Positions 27,024 through 40,672 of a stretch of 64,000 bases of DNA are shown piece after piece; within the stretch, counting starts at the first letter, position 1, and each line of letters opens with the position of its first letter. The notes under the pieces were generated by a model that saw only the letters and a list, made by a program, of their open reading frames with translations, did no database searches and had not been told where the DNA came from. Origin of the DNA: Octopus bimaculoides (Eukaryota); contig NC_068994.1 in the NCBI RefSeq assembly GCF_001194135.2, forward strand, positions 38,416,343 through 38,480,342, given 5' to 3'. A program made the translations under genes and the position numbers.

Positions 27024-28128
27024 CTGAAAGCAGATCGATTTTTAAAAAGTTATTAAAAACGAATTTGATAAAAATTACACTGAAGCTATTCTTTCTAAAT
27101 TAGTTTTCCATTTATTAAAAAATTTACTTAATTCCTGTTAAAACTATGGGTGCATATCTTATGATACTTAGAACACTGACAGCCTTCAGTATGCACAGGA
27201 ATTAAATATCTAAAGACAAAGGATGGTTTCATAAATAAAATATCATATGGAAAATAAATTACTTGAGTTAATACTATTTACATATTTAGTAGACTAATTA
27301 TGTAAACCTTTCGACTTTTTAGTGTCTAACTATTTCAAAATTTAACAGTCATGGTCAAAATGCTACTCATAAGGTACATGTAAAAATTAACACTTCCTTT
27401 CTCCAAACTTAGATTTGAAACTGAATCTGAGGATTCTCACTTGTCTGAGCCACTACTGACCAAATAGGCACGAAAGAAATTTTCTCGGTCCTGTCAAAAA
27501 AAAAAAAATGATCAATCATCTCCCTTTGACCTTCGACCTCAACCATGTCAGGCGAAGTGTAAATAGACAGGAGCTGACCTATTCAAGCACAATTTCTCCT
27601 GCAGTATGTCTGTCCTTCTAGCTGCCACGATGGGTTATAAATACTGTGGTCAGCAAAGGAAAGGCAGAAGGGATCTTGGACTCAGATAGAATGCACAAGA
27701 TAGCCAACCAGTATTTTTTCAGATGAACAATACACACACTGACAAAGCATTCACTTTTTACCCTAGCATATCCCCAGATGAATACAGTCGAATTCCTCGC
27801 TGACTCGTAGCAGTTTGTAACAAACTGATGTAGTGAACACTTATGCATAACACCAGCAATATGCAAGTCCTGTAAATAAATAATTTAAACTATAAAAATA
27901 TGTTATTCATTTGTTTACTTTGAAGGCATCCACATGCCTACCGCATCTGTTTATCTCAACACATTTTGATACACACCTTAACCACTACATACATGTTGCC
28001 CAAAAAGTAACTATGTGTGACTCAAGAAAGCTTTAAACATTCTACCTGCTGGATTTTAAGAACTACAAAACTGATTTGAAATATCATATTTCTAAATCTC
28101 TCAGAGAGATTTAAGCAGTAGTGATGCG

Positions 28129-28344
28129 GTAAAGTTGTTGTATATTGTCAACTTAATGTGACAATCCCAATAAGGGAATATATGACTAGGCTGGGTGGAG
28201 GAGTTTGTCTCCCCCTCGCAAACATAAGGACACTAATTGTGTCAAGGCCGACAGGAAGCGGTCCAGTTTCCTAGGGCTAAACAGCAGTAGTATATTCCCT
28301 TATTGGGATTGTCACATTAAGTTGACAATATACAACAACTTTAC
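28129..28344. repeat. Perfect 54-bp inverted repeat with 108-bp spacer, P4 intron 3
   Basis: 28129-28182 is the exact reverse complement of 28291-28344. Confidence 0.92.
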
Positions 28345-28604
28345 AAAACTGATGACAAAATAAAAGGATTTAATGAGATGAGATCAATGAGTATTCAGTG
28401 AGTTCAACTGTGACTGTATATATGTATTCTTACTTAATATATCTTTTAAAATGTGCGTATATTGTGGGTCTTGAACTTAAGAAAATATTGTGTGGCTCTT
28501 ATGTAAAACAGCAAAAAAGAACTTAGCCATCACTAATATATACATAACATACAGATTCGAAGTGTATCATATGATTGAAGAGGTACTCAGTATTTTTAAC
28601 TAAC

Positions 28605-28755
28605 CTGGCAGTTCCTCATAGTGACCAGCACTACCAACAACCAAGCCATGCTGACTATCAGTATCAGTGGACATTGCTGATATCTCACTGAATTGGTTAG
28701 TTCTGTTTAGCTCTTTGTAACCTGGAGATGGATCTTCTTCTCTTGGGAGAAACAC
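28605..28755 (-). CDS. P4 cytoplasmic exon 3 (151 nt, VFLPREEDPSPGYKEL...GHYEELP)
   Basis: aactttag| acceptor, CCAG|GTTAGT donor; translated by hand and homologous to the other exon 3s. Confidence 0.85.
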
Positions 28756-29290
28756 CTAAAGTTTAAGACATTATAATGCAGAGAAAATTTGAAGAAAGAA
28801 AAAAAAAACAAATACACAATTCAAGAGTAAAAGCAAAACCTGCAGCTGACATATATTATTAAGTTCCATTAAAGTATTTTTAGCCAACAAACATCAAATT
28901 AAACAAAATAATACATCACTGTATGTGATGTTTATAAAGTACAGATAGAAATAGGAAAAAAAAACCCCAAAAAGTCTGCAGATGATGGTATTTAATAATT
29001 TTAAAATTTTGTAAGAATGTATTGATTTATATAAGATACATACATCAATGGAATAGTGAACAATAAAGTATAAAAAATTCAAAACCAATCATTTTAATCT
29101 ATACACAAAACAATGACTAATGTAATAAAATGATCAGGGCCTGTCAAATATCTTATCTCCAAGGAAGAGTTTATCTACAAAGTAATAATATAGTCATTTT
29201 TATACTGACTCACATTTTAGAAAAATTGTGATATAGGACATGTCTTTTTTAAAAAAGTAATTCTAAAAATATAACTGAAAAAAATCTCAC

Positions 29291-31687
29291 CTGTTGATGT
29301 TTTACTGAAGCTGGTTCAACCTGTCTATCATATGGCATAGTCCAGCAGTGAATATTTTCTCTGTCTACCATTGGTTGTTGATATTTCTTCACATTTCTTT
29401 CCAATGTGTATGAAATGCCAGGTGGAACACAAGCAGGATAAAACATATATCTTGATTGCATATTTAATGTGGGTATAACACCATGGTTCATATCAATACT
29501 ATTATCATAGTTGCTATCGGTATGATTTAGTCTATGAAGTACGCAGAATGTTATAGAGATCACTATAACAACAGATACGATCACAGCTGCTATAACAATA
29601 ATAATCATCACATTCAATTGGAGACCATTACTTGATTCTGTTGTTGTCTTTGAAGGGGTCTTAAATATCTTTGATGTGTTGTTACTAACTGTTAGAGTCA
29701 AAGACAACATTGTTGTTGATGACAGAACTGGATTACCACTATCTTTCACACCTAGTTCCAGTTCATAGAATCCAGCATCATTTTGGTAAGGTGAGCGAGA
29801 GAAAGATAAGACACCAGAGTGATGGTTCATTTGAAATAAGTGTTTCTCATTACCTCTGAGTATTTCATATGTGAGGAAGGCATTGTGTTGACTGTCTCTG
29901 TCAGAGGCCCTAACAACTGTGATATCATGATCAGTGTTGGGATGGTAGTGGACATTAAGACTGAAAGGGTCAACATTAGGGAAACTGAAATAGGGAGCAT
30001 TATCATTTAAATCCATAACCTCAACAACAACATTTGCTGTGTTCTCCAGTGATGGTGTTCCTTTATCTTTTACTAAAACCTTAAACTCATACACTTTCTT
30101 TTCTTCTCTGTCTAGTGACTCAGTTGTGGAAATAAATCCCACATCAGATATCTGAAATGGTAGAGTTTCCTTTCCATTTGTCAATAGAGAATAGGTTAAT
30201 TGTCCTCCATCTCCAATATCTGGGTCTGTAGCATTGACATATCCAACAGGGAAGTCTTTGTGTTCATTTTCATAGGTGAGAAACTTAAATATGTCCTGAC
30301 TAAACTGAGGTTGTACGTCATTTATATCAGTAACCAGCATAGAAAACTCTTTCTCTAGTGTCAATGGAGGTGAGCCATTATCTTGACATTTAATGGTGAA
30401 ATTAAAACTCTTTTCCCTCTCTCTATCTATTTCACTCTTGACAACAACTTTGTATTTCTTTACAGACTCTGAGATTAGCTGCAGGTATTTATTTTGTAAA
30501 TGACACTTCACTTGTCCATTTGCTCCACTGTCATTGTCAGTAACTTTGACAGAAGCAACAAAACTTTGAATTTGAGTTGCTTCTGAGATGACAGTTGTGT
30601 TTCCAGTTGACTTTAAGACAAATATGACATCAATGTTTGGTGGATTGTTAATGTGACTGATTCCATTTATAAAAACTGTGACTGTTGATGACATTGAAGG
30701 AGTACCATTATCTCTGGCATCAATAAATATCTCATAAATTTCACCAAAATTAAATTCTTTCTTCAAAAATAGCTCTCCTGTTGCCTCCTCTAATTTAAAG
30801 CTTTCTTTTATCCTTTCATGTGTTTTAGCAATATTAAAGACATAAGAAATTCTTCCATTTTCCCCTTTATCTAAGTCTGAAGCAGACACCCTAACAAGAG
30901 GCTTGTTTCTCTGGTATGTATCATTTACAGTGACATTATAATTATCCTGGGAGAAAACAGGGAGATTATCATTTTTATCTTTCACTAATATTTTTATATC
31001 CAATACACCTTTGTTTGGTGGAGATCCTTCATCTGTGGCAATTAACTGAATATTGTACATGTCTTTTGTCTCACGATCTAAGGAACCTACTAAAATTAGA
31101 TGCAATAAATCAGTTTCACCTGACTTAGAAACATTCAATTGAAAAGGAACATTTTCATTTTCCTTCAGTTGATAATTGAGTTTAGAATTCCGACAACTTA
31201 TATCTTTATCAGTTGCATATGGAATTCTTTCTTTGATTCCTTTTGTCACACTTTCATCATATGACACTTGAAATTCCTTCTCTTGGAAAGTAGGATAATT
31301 ATCATTGATATCATCTATTATAATTTTGAGTTCTAATATTTTGGTAAAAGAATGACCATGGTGAGCTGTTATTTCCAATATCCTGAAGCATTCCACATTA
31401 TATTGACAAAGAATTTCTGCATCCAATATGGCAGCTGTGTACAGTTTTCCTCCAGGTGTAACATTAAATAACTGAACACTTTCATCAGTGCTACCCTGGA
31501 GTATATTAAATGTCAGTTTGTTGCTATCATCCTGAGTCTGTTTATCATCCAGTAACTGTATATCAGTGACAATATCTCCAATATAGCTGTGTGTGTCATT
31601 GTTCTCTTTCACATGGTAGATATGATCCACACACCAGCAGCTGTCAGCCATTAACAACACCAACAGTATTACTGATAACATCTTCAT
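29291..31687 (-). CDS. Protocadherin P4, large exon
   Basis: Within the 818-aa ORF. Acceptor tatttcag| (exon starts 31706), first ATG 31687, donor CAG|GTGAGA at 29291. Confidence 0.95.
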
Positions 31688-32811
31688 TAGTATAGGATTT
31701 GCCAATCTGAAATAAAATGTTAAATTGTATATAAATCATTCCCTGATAGAAAGTGAAATGTAAATATATATCTAGTGATTAGCAATTCAAGTTGCTTACT
31801 CATAACCATCTCAAAACATAATGTAAGTAATATCAAATAGCAATCAGGGATTTGGATATTAACTAATTTATTTGCCCAATAATGTGCCTCAAATTCTAGC
31901 TCAAACAAATAAAGAACTTGACTACTGTATTATATATTAGATGTCCATAAGTGTATCATTGCAACATTCATTCTCCTCTAGTATCATTTATAATTCAGTA
32001 AAGAAGCTATAACTCAGAATAACCAATACTAATTTCAACGTCAGCAATTTTGAGGGGAGAAGTCAAGTCAGTTATATCATTCATACTCCTTGACTGGTAC
32101 TTATTTTATTGACCCTGAAAGGATTAAAGGCATGGTCGATCTTGACAGAATTTGATCTCAAAACAAAATGAGTTGGAAGAAATACAGTGAAGCATTTTTT
32201 CTGTTTGATATTGCAAAAGAATAAGTTGCAAATTTAAGTGACTTGGGCATTCTTTTTCAACAGCTAAGATTATTAAAATGACTGATAGGCATAGCAGAGA
32301 TTAGTGAAATAATTCCACTGGCACTGCACCAACAGAATCTCTCTCTTGGAAATGCTATTATCATGGGAGAAAATCAGGGAGTGTTAGTGAGATCAGCCGA
32401 GTCTGATTCCATTAGTTGAACTACTTCCTCTGAAGGTGTTAAAAGTGAGGTAATGTCCACTACTCTGAAGCATTGTTGAACAAAGGGAAACATTACATTC
32501 AAGTAGTTTGGCTAAAGGATCACTTTTGTATATGTACAAATGTTTTTAATAAGCACAGGAATGGGAGATATTAATCAAGAATTCAGAGAGATGGTTACTG
32601 GGGTACACAATTTGAAAATATAAATGAATATCATCACTGATGAAAGTAGACACCAACTGTTATGGGAGAATCCTGAACAACACCATGTGACTGAAGGTGA
32701 ACTAACCAATTACACTAAACAAGAACTGAATGAACTGTCAAGGGATAGTTAGTGTTAGTTCAAACATGTTAGTTTGATGTGTTGGTTTAACAATCGGTAG
32801 TTGAACAGTGT

Positions 32812-33197
32812 GGAGGTGCAATGGCCCAGTGGTTAGGGCAGTGGACTCGCAGTCATAGGATCGTGGTTTCGATTCCCAGACTGGGCGTTGTGAGTGTTTA
32901 TTGAGTGAAAACACCTAAAGCTCCATGTGGCTCCGGCAGGGGATGGTGGCGAACCCTGCTGTACTCTTCCACCACAACTTTCTCTCACTCTTACTTCCTG
33001 TTTCTGTTGTGCCTGTAATTCAAAGGGTCAGCCTTGTCACACTGTGTCACGCTGAATATCCCCGAGAACTATGTCAAGGGTACACGTGTCTGTGGAGTGC
33101 TCAGCCACTTGCACGTTAATTTCACGAGCAGGCTGTTCTGTTGATCGAATCAACTGGAACCCTTGACGTCGTAAGCGACGGAGTGCCAACAACAACA
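32812..33197 (+). mobile_element. tRNA-derived SINE family A (copy 1)
   Basis: A-box TGGCCCAGTGG, B-box GGTTTCGATTCC, (CAA)n tail; near-identical copies at 46111 and 56341. Confidence 0.82.
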
Positions 33198-34169
33198 AAA
33201 CCCTTGAGAAAAAGTTCTTGTGAGCTAAGAGTATATCACTTTTAAACAATAGTTAACTGAATCATCTCTCTATCAATTTCTTCTGGTCTTGAAACATCTG
33301 GCTAACGGATATAAATTTAAGACAGTGTCATCAGAACTGTGTGAAGACACAAGACCTTGTTGTGTTGCACTCTCAATTGCATGATCTTGGTTTTGATTCC
33401 TGGTTTGGGTGGTGCATTGTGTACTCAAACAAATCACTTTGCTTCGCTTATCTCTAGTTCACTCAGCTGTAAATGAGGAACCTTCCAATGGATTGGCATC
33501 CAGTTTCATGAGAACGTTGTGATCTTGGTCACTTATCTGCCATGGAAACTGGATAACTGGCCCCTTGAGGAACAGGACTTGAGACAGTACTTACTTATAC
33601 CAGAACTATATTAGAATAGTCCAATAATGGATGTTTATATTTTTGGAATAATGTCAACAAGAATAACATTCAGACTATCTGAGAATAAAGCAGATTTAGA
33701 AGCAGCCGTTGAAAGAATGCCAACTGAGCAAACAGGATGTTTGTTAGCAATATGATTGTCACGAACAGGATATTACTCAAGAACCTCTTCGAAAACAAGG
33801 GAATGTGTAAAATAGGACCACTCCCAAAAGCCTACAAGGAATGGGCAATATAAGAGATCATCAATATCTTCAACACCCATAGTGACCCTAATGACTAAAA
33901 GGATCTTCCTACCCCTATATAGGATCTTTTTTCATTTTCTTCCAACCATTTAAAGGTTTATTTTGCTGCAGTCCACTCAGCTGGTCAAAATGAGTTGCGG
34001 CTGTAATTGAAAGGGATCAGCCTTGTTATATTCTATGTGAGACTGAATCTCCTTGAGAACTACGTTAACGGTATGTATGTCTGAATAGTACTCAGCCAGT
34101 TGCAATTTAATTTTATCATTGATTTAACAATGTGTATATGTATCTATGTATCAACTTTTCTTTTGATCT

Positions 34170-34633
34170 NNNNNNNNNNNNNNNNNNNNNNNNNNNNNNN
34201 NNNNNNNNNNNNNNNNNNNNNNNNNNNNNNNNNNNNNNNNNNNNNNNNNNNNNNNNNNNNNNNNNNNNNNNNNNNNNNNNNNNNNNNNNNNNNNNNNNNN
34301 NNNNNNNNNNNNNNNNNNNNNNNNNNNNNNNNNNNNNNNNNNNNNNNNNNNNNNNNNNNNNNNNNNNNNNNNNNNNNNNNNNNNNNNNNNNNNNNNNNNN
34401 NNNNNNNNNNNNNNNNNNNNNNNNNNNNNNNNNNNNNNNNNNNNNNNNNNNNNNNNNNNNNNNNNNNNNNNNNNNNNNNNNNNNNNNNNNNNNNNNNNNN
34501 NNNNNNNNNNNNNNNNNNNNNNNNNNNNNNNNNNNNNNNNNNNNNNNNNNNNNNNNNNNNNNNNNNNNNNNNNNNNNNNNNNNNNNNNNNNNNNNNNNNN
34601 NNNNNNNNNNNNNNNNNNNNNNNNNNNNNNNNN
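34170..34633. other. Assembly gap (others: 1313-1438, 5332-5341, 38101-38438, 39634-39953, 48985-49484, 58266-58819, 60822-61052, 62070-62161)
   Basis: Runs of N. Confidence 0.98.
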
Positions 34634-34695
<62 letters not shown>

Positions 34696-36979
34696 AAGAG
34701 AGAGGTGGACACACAGAATAACTGTCAGAAAGATAGGTAGACAGGCAACTTTCTCTTTTACTATTATTCTCTATCCACTCTCTTCCTTCACTCTGTCTCC
34801 CTAAATCTCTCTTTCCCCCTCCCTCCTCTTGTGTCCTTGCCTCTAACTGTTTAACCTGCCCCTCCTCTAACATCACACTTCCTATTACAGTTCAAGATGA
34901 TGTTGAAGTAGTAAAAAAAAAAGTGCTCATAGTACATAGCTATTACATTATGTCACATGATGAAAATTTTATATATTCAGTACATACATGCACACATTAT
35001 GTATATGTGTGTGTGTGTAAGTTAAAGAAGAGGAAAACAGTTAATCAAGGCAGGATTATGACATTTAAATTCATTTAGTTTATTTTAGTCTAAGAGAGTT
35101 AATGTTAAAGCAATAAAGGTATAATTAGTAGATATTGTCTCTTACAGCTGTTTCTAGGATATCCCAGACACTGGATCACCATATTGATCTGAAATTTCAT
35201 ATACGGGTATTTTGTCATCAGAATAATATTAGAAACCTGAACAGGAAAACTTGTTGTAGAAAAATGTGTAGCATGGTAGAAAGTTCATGGTTTGTTATAG
35301 TTTATCATGTTCCAGAGAATAGCAGGGTTTATTCACACTCCTAGGTAAGTCTATTGTTCAAAATAAAGGCTGAATAATATATCCATTTGAGAAAAGGGAA
35401 AAAATAGTGCTAGTGGTTTGAAAGTCATTGTTCACATGGACTTTTAGACTGCTAGCACTATTTTTTTGCTTCTCTCAACTGGATACATTACTTAACTTTT
35501 ATTTTGAACAACGGACTTACCTAGGAATGTATTTAAGGAAGATCCCTTTCATATTGATTTGAATAAATGTCGCTGCCCTCCAGAACACAAACTATAAAGA
35601 ACCATGAACTTTCTACCATGCTACACAATTTTCTACAACAAATTTTCTTGCCCATATTTTCCTATTTATATTTCTCTGATGCTGGAATACCCAGTATATA
35701 GAACCTTAGATCAATATTGTGATCCAGTATATGGTATTCCAGGAACAGCTGTAAGAGACTATATTAACCCATTACCTACCAGTGATCTCATATGAGATCA
35801 CTTAAAATTACAAATTTTGTAATTATCTGTCAATATTTACACATATCTAACCTTTTTGCTATATCTACTTGGTATATTTCTCTGATATTCAAATGAGGTT
35901 TGCTAATTTTTCACCCAATATCTCGCTTATTTCTATTGAAAATGTCATTTTGAAATGTTATTTTGATCATTCCAGCGTGTTTCTAAGGCTGTTTTATGCT
36001 AGAAATCAAAGTTTCATATAAAAATTCAATTTAATAGAATTATGGGAGGTAATGGGTTAATTCTACCTACATTGCCTTGGCATTAACTCTCTTAAACTAA
36101 AATAAACTAAATGATCTTAAATGCCATAGTCCTGCCTTGATTAATTGTTTTCCTCTTCTTTAACTTATACCTACTGACTCAAGGGTAAGCTACTCGTTGA
36201 CAGTTCTCTACCAACTGGGCTTTTTTGTGCTACCACATTATAATAGACCTGTGTGTGGTGGGGAAACATGAATAATTTGACCTTGGATACATAATAGGGT
36301 CATCAGTTTATTTTTTTTATTAAAAATAATATTGCTTTATATCTATGATTTACTTTAAAAATACTTTAAAAAGGCTTTTCAGTGTCAGCTTCCAGTATTG
36401 ACATAGTAATGGCAATATTTCCAGTTTTAATTTGCAAAATCTCTCCCTCTCAATTTTAATGTTTCTGTTCCAATTCACTATCTGTAAACAACAATGATAA
36501 ATTACTGAAAGAAATGTTTGCTAAGTTCACAAATTTAAATATTTGGCACAAGATAGTTTTTAATGTGCTTTTAGTTATACGATTTTTTCATTTCATGTTT
36601 ATTTCTTTCATTGTTTGTAATGTTCTCTCCCCACCCCCCCTCTCTCTCTCTCTCACACACACACATACTCCAAGTGTAATTTTGTTATTACTCAAATATC
36701 ACATTAAAATTTTGCAATTCAACATGGGGTATCCGAAAAAATATGGGCATTCTTTCACTTGAACTTCGTTAATTTCTGTAACAATTTTTTATTTATTTAC
36801 TTTTTGTACACCATGTTCAGCTCTATATATTTGTAGTCAGTCACGCATACACACGTATTTTCGTATGTACATTTGTATACATTTATTTATGTGTGTGTGT
36901 GAGAGAGAGAGTGAGTGAAGGGATGTGTTGTCATGTGTACATACATAAATACATATGCTTACATCTTTTTTGTATGAAT

Positions 36980-36981
36980 GC

Positions 36982-37069
<88 letters not shown>

Positions 37070-37187
37070 TCTAAGTAGCACTCACTCACTCTCTCTCACA
37101 CACACACACATGCATGCACATACATACAAAAAAGATGTATGTTTATTTATGTATGTACGTATACATGACAACACACCTCTTCACTCA

Positions 37188-37229
<42 letters not shown>

Positions 37230-37230
37230 T
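36980..37230. repeat. Compound (TG)n/(AG)n/(CT)n/(CA)n microsatellites
   Basis: Directly visible. Similar tracts at 34634-34692, 43123-43210, 51585-51622 and 53394-53455, and (TA)n next to the gaps at 38439, 39601 and 39954. Confidence 0.9.
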
Positions 37231-37260
37231 CCATTTCATCTGATGTTTGATATTGGAAAT

Positions 37261-37700
37261 CAAGTAGTCCATTACCCAACAGAGTTCCTTAATTCTCTTG
37301 AGCCAACTGGAACTCCTCCATATAAACTTTTTCTGTAGGTGGGAGTCCTAATAATGTTTCCAAGAAATTTAGATCCTCCTAAATTATGCAATGGGTCAAG
37401 GTTGATCGTGAAGACATTATCACCTAATATGATAGAAACTACCATCATCACTGGACGTGCCTTGAGGAAGAGGTTTTCATTCCAAGAATTGCAGTGAAAC
37501 CAATAGCCATACCTTTTGAGTTCAAACAAACACAATTCCAAGTGTGACTTTGCTTTGCAATGTCTATTAATAAAGCTCAAAGTCAAACTTTGAAATCTAC
37601 TGGCTTGCACTTAATTTGAGCCTTGCTTTTCTCATGGTCAACTTTATGTTGGTTGCTCCAGGGTTGGTAGATTGCAAGACTTATTTGTCTATGCTCCAAA
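37261..37700 (+). pseudogene. Helitron RepHel / Pif1-like helicase C-terminal fragment
   Basis: Hand translation: YPTEFLNSLEPTGTPPYKL..RNLDPPKLCNGSRL..FIPRI..FAMSINKAQSQT..PCFSHGQLYVGCSRV, with stops and frameshifts. These are typical Pif1-family helicase C-terminal motifs. Confidence 0.85.
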
Positions 37701-37759
37701 CCAGAAAACAAAGAATGTTATTTACCCAGAAGCTCTTACATAATTTCCATCAACATATA

Positions 37760-38100
37760 GGCATAGGGGTGGCTGCGTGGAAAGTAGCTTGCTTACCAAC
37801 CACATGGTTCCGGGTTCAGTCCCACTGCGTGGCATCTTGGGCAAGTGTCTTCTACTATAGCCTCGGGCCGACCAAAGCCTTGTGAGTGGATTTGCTAGAC
37901 GGAAACTGAAAGAAGCTTGTCGTATATGTGTGTGTGTGTGTGTGTGTGTGTATGTTTGTGTGTCTGAGTTTGTTTGTCCCCCCAACATCGCTTGACAACC
38001 AATGCTGGGGTGTTTACGTCCCCGTAACTTAGCGGTTCGGCAAAAGAGACCGATAGAATAAATACTAAGCTTCCAAAGAATAAGTCCTGGGGTCGATTTG
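37760..38100 (+). mobile_element. SINE family B copy (runs into gap)
   Basis: Colinear with 23063-23400. Confidence 0.78.
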
Positions 38101-39397
38101 NNNNNNNNNNNNNNNNNNNNNNNNNNNNNNNNNNNNNNNNNNNNNNNNNNNNNNNNNNNNNNNNNNNNNNNNNNNNNNNNNNNNNNNNNNNNNNNNNNNN
38201 NNNNNNNNNNNNNNNNNNNNNNNNNNNNNNNNNNNNNNNNNNNNNNNNNNNNNNNNNNNNNNNNNNNNNNNNNNNNNNNNNNNNNNNNNNNNNNNNNNNN
38301 NNNNNNNNNNNNNNNNNNNNNNNNNNNNNNNNNNNNNNNNNNNNNNNNNNNNNNNNNNNNNNNNNNNNNNNNNNNNNNNNNNNNNNNNNNNNNNNNNNNN
38401 NNNNNNNNNNNNNNNNNNNNNNNNNNNNNNNNNNNNNNTATATATATATATATATATATATTGCACTTAAGTATAGCTATACTAAAACTAGCTGCTAGAC
38501 CTCAATTTACATACACTTTAAAATAAAATGTCAGTCAAATACTAGATTGGAATATGAATTAAGGAATTGGACTCTCTTAGTCATTTTCACTAGATTGCAG
38601 CTGCTTCTGTAACAGGAAGCAATACACTCAGAGCTGAGTGTCGGAGGAAAATCCTATTATTCATTGGAAGCACTAAAAACTGAAAAGTGTCGCTCGCATC
38701 TCAACTATAAATTGATGGCCCAACAACAGGATATTTTCTCTTGTTTAAGTGAACCTCTAGAATTCATCTCCTTCGTTTCGAACTCATACCTTACAGAGTA
38801 TGCATTCTTCTCACAAGGAAATACACGGTCTTCTTTCAAGTAATCTCCTTTGAAGCCATATCCTCTCATCATGTCAACTGTCAACGTTTTGCCAGTAAAT
38901 TCACATTGGAGCATTTCCAACATGGCGTCTGTCTTCATCTTCCTCACTGGTTCTTCCCGTGCAATCACCACTGAGCATGCGCAGTATAATAAGCACCCTA
39001 AATCTCGACAGTTTTCTATTGCATTCACCTGTCTCGAATTTTCCATGTGACTGGACTTTGACAGCCATGCAGAACAGCGTTATCATCAACACCACCAATA
39101 CCGCTGCCACAGCCTTTGTACCTGACTACAGTGCTAACACCACCACCACTTCACCACTAATCTCAACTCATTCCTGCTCCATCTTCTGTACAGCAACTGG
39201 TTTTGTGGCTTTATACATCAAATTCCAGTCACTCTGAGAATGGCACAGTTGGATGGCACTTTAAGTGCTGGAAGGCAATGCTGGTAACGATTACGCTCTA
39301 ATGGTGCTATTTACGGGACACTAGCACGGAAGCCAGACAGCTGCTCTGGCAATGTACCCGCTCGACAGTGCTGTTAATGCTCCACTGGCACGCTGAC

Positions 39398-39587
39398 CAG
39401 TCATCGGGTATGGTTCAATTTTGATTTCACTTGCCCCAACAGGTCTTCCCAAGCAGAGTTTAGTGTCCAATGAAGGAGAGGTTGGCGTGGGTGCCAGTCA
39501 TCAGATTCGGTTCGATTTCGATTTCAGATTTCAAATTCACCTGCCTCAACAGGTCTTCGCAAGCAGGGTTTTTAGTGTCCAATGAAG
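39398..39587. repeat. Imperfect ~90-bp tandem duplication
   Basis: Two units ccagtcatc...caacaggtctt.(c/g)caagcag...tttagtgtccaatgaag. Confidence 0.7.
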
Positions 39588-39597
39588 TAGATATGGA

Positions 39598-39633
<36 letters not shown>

Positions 39634-39957
39634 NNNNNNNNNNNNNNNNNNNNNNNNNNNNNNNNNNNNNNNNNNNNNNNNNNNNNNNNNNNNNNNNNNN
39701 NNNNNNNNNNNNNNNNNNNNNNNNNNNNNNNNNNNNNNNNNNNNNNNNNNNNNNNNNNNNNNNNNNNNNNNNNNNNNNNNNNNNNNNNNNNNNNNNNNNN
39801 NNNNNNNNNNNNNNNNNNNNNNNNNNNNNNNNNNNNNNNNNNNNNNNNNNNNNNNNNNNNNNNNNNNNNNNNNNNNNNNNNNNNNNNNNNNNNNNNNNNN
39901 NNNNNNNNNNNNNNNNNNNNNNNNNNNNNNNNNNNNNNNNNNNNNNNNNNNNNTATA

Positions 39958-39995
<38 letters not shown>

Positions 39996-40672
39996 TGTAT
40001 GTGTATTACAAGTAGATGTTGCTGCATTTTCACATGTATTCTAAATCACATCTAAAAGAATTTCATTTTGTTTAGGAAATTATCTCGTACATGCTTTACT
40101 GTGTTTTCTTGTGGTATTGATGTTGAGCTCCAAGTCATCCCTACTTGGATGCAACATACCAATCACCAGAAGCACCCCCTGCAGTGACAATCCTGTGTCA
40201 TGCCATATGCAAAACACAGAATGTCATTTGAGGGAGATTTGGTTGTTATTTCTCACAAGTCAAGTAGCCACCAATTCTTTCATTAGCTTGTATCTAGCTT
40301 ATAGACAAGCTTATGGAATTTGTACGTGAATAAGAATTTCCTAGTTTCTCTAGTTGTGGTAGACTTCAAAGAACAGAGCTGTTACCTTTCCTCTCACAAT
40401 TTAAAATAGCTAACAAAACATACATAATGACAAAAAAAAAAAAAAAAATCAGAGTAGCTACCCTTGATTAAGTTTCTTGTTACTGAATCGTAATCAAAGT
40501 ACTTAGACATTTAACAATTTTTTGACTTGATAAGAATATAACTAAGATATATTTAGTTAATTTGAAATTATAATATTGAAATGTTACCATATTGCTAATA
40601 TTCTTTTTCTCCAAATGATAACTGAGAAATATTAGTAAATGTTTAAATGACAAATATGCACAACTAATGAAT

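Noticed and set aside
27540-27870. GC-richer stretch with 82-aa ORF 27618..27866
   Set aside because: No recognisable domain in the frames I translated; probably a decayed repeat.
32812-32890. tRNA genes at 32812, 46111 and 56727
   Set aside because: The tRNA-like head continues into a shared ~300-bp body and (CAA)n tail, so these are SINEs rather than tRNA genes.
34100-34876. Long ORFs spanning N runs and microsatellites (also 38065, 39602, 48960, 58208, 60781, 61945)
   Set aside because: Artefacts of translating N and dinucleotide repeats.
38963-38985. GAGCATGCGCA (NRF1-like), also inverted at ~47616-47626, as enhancers
   Set aside because: Only a short motif match in unclassified, probably repeat-derived DNA; not positionally conserved between units.
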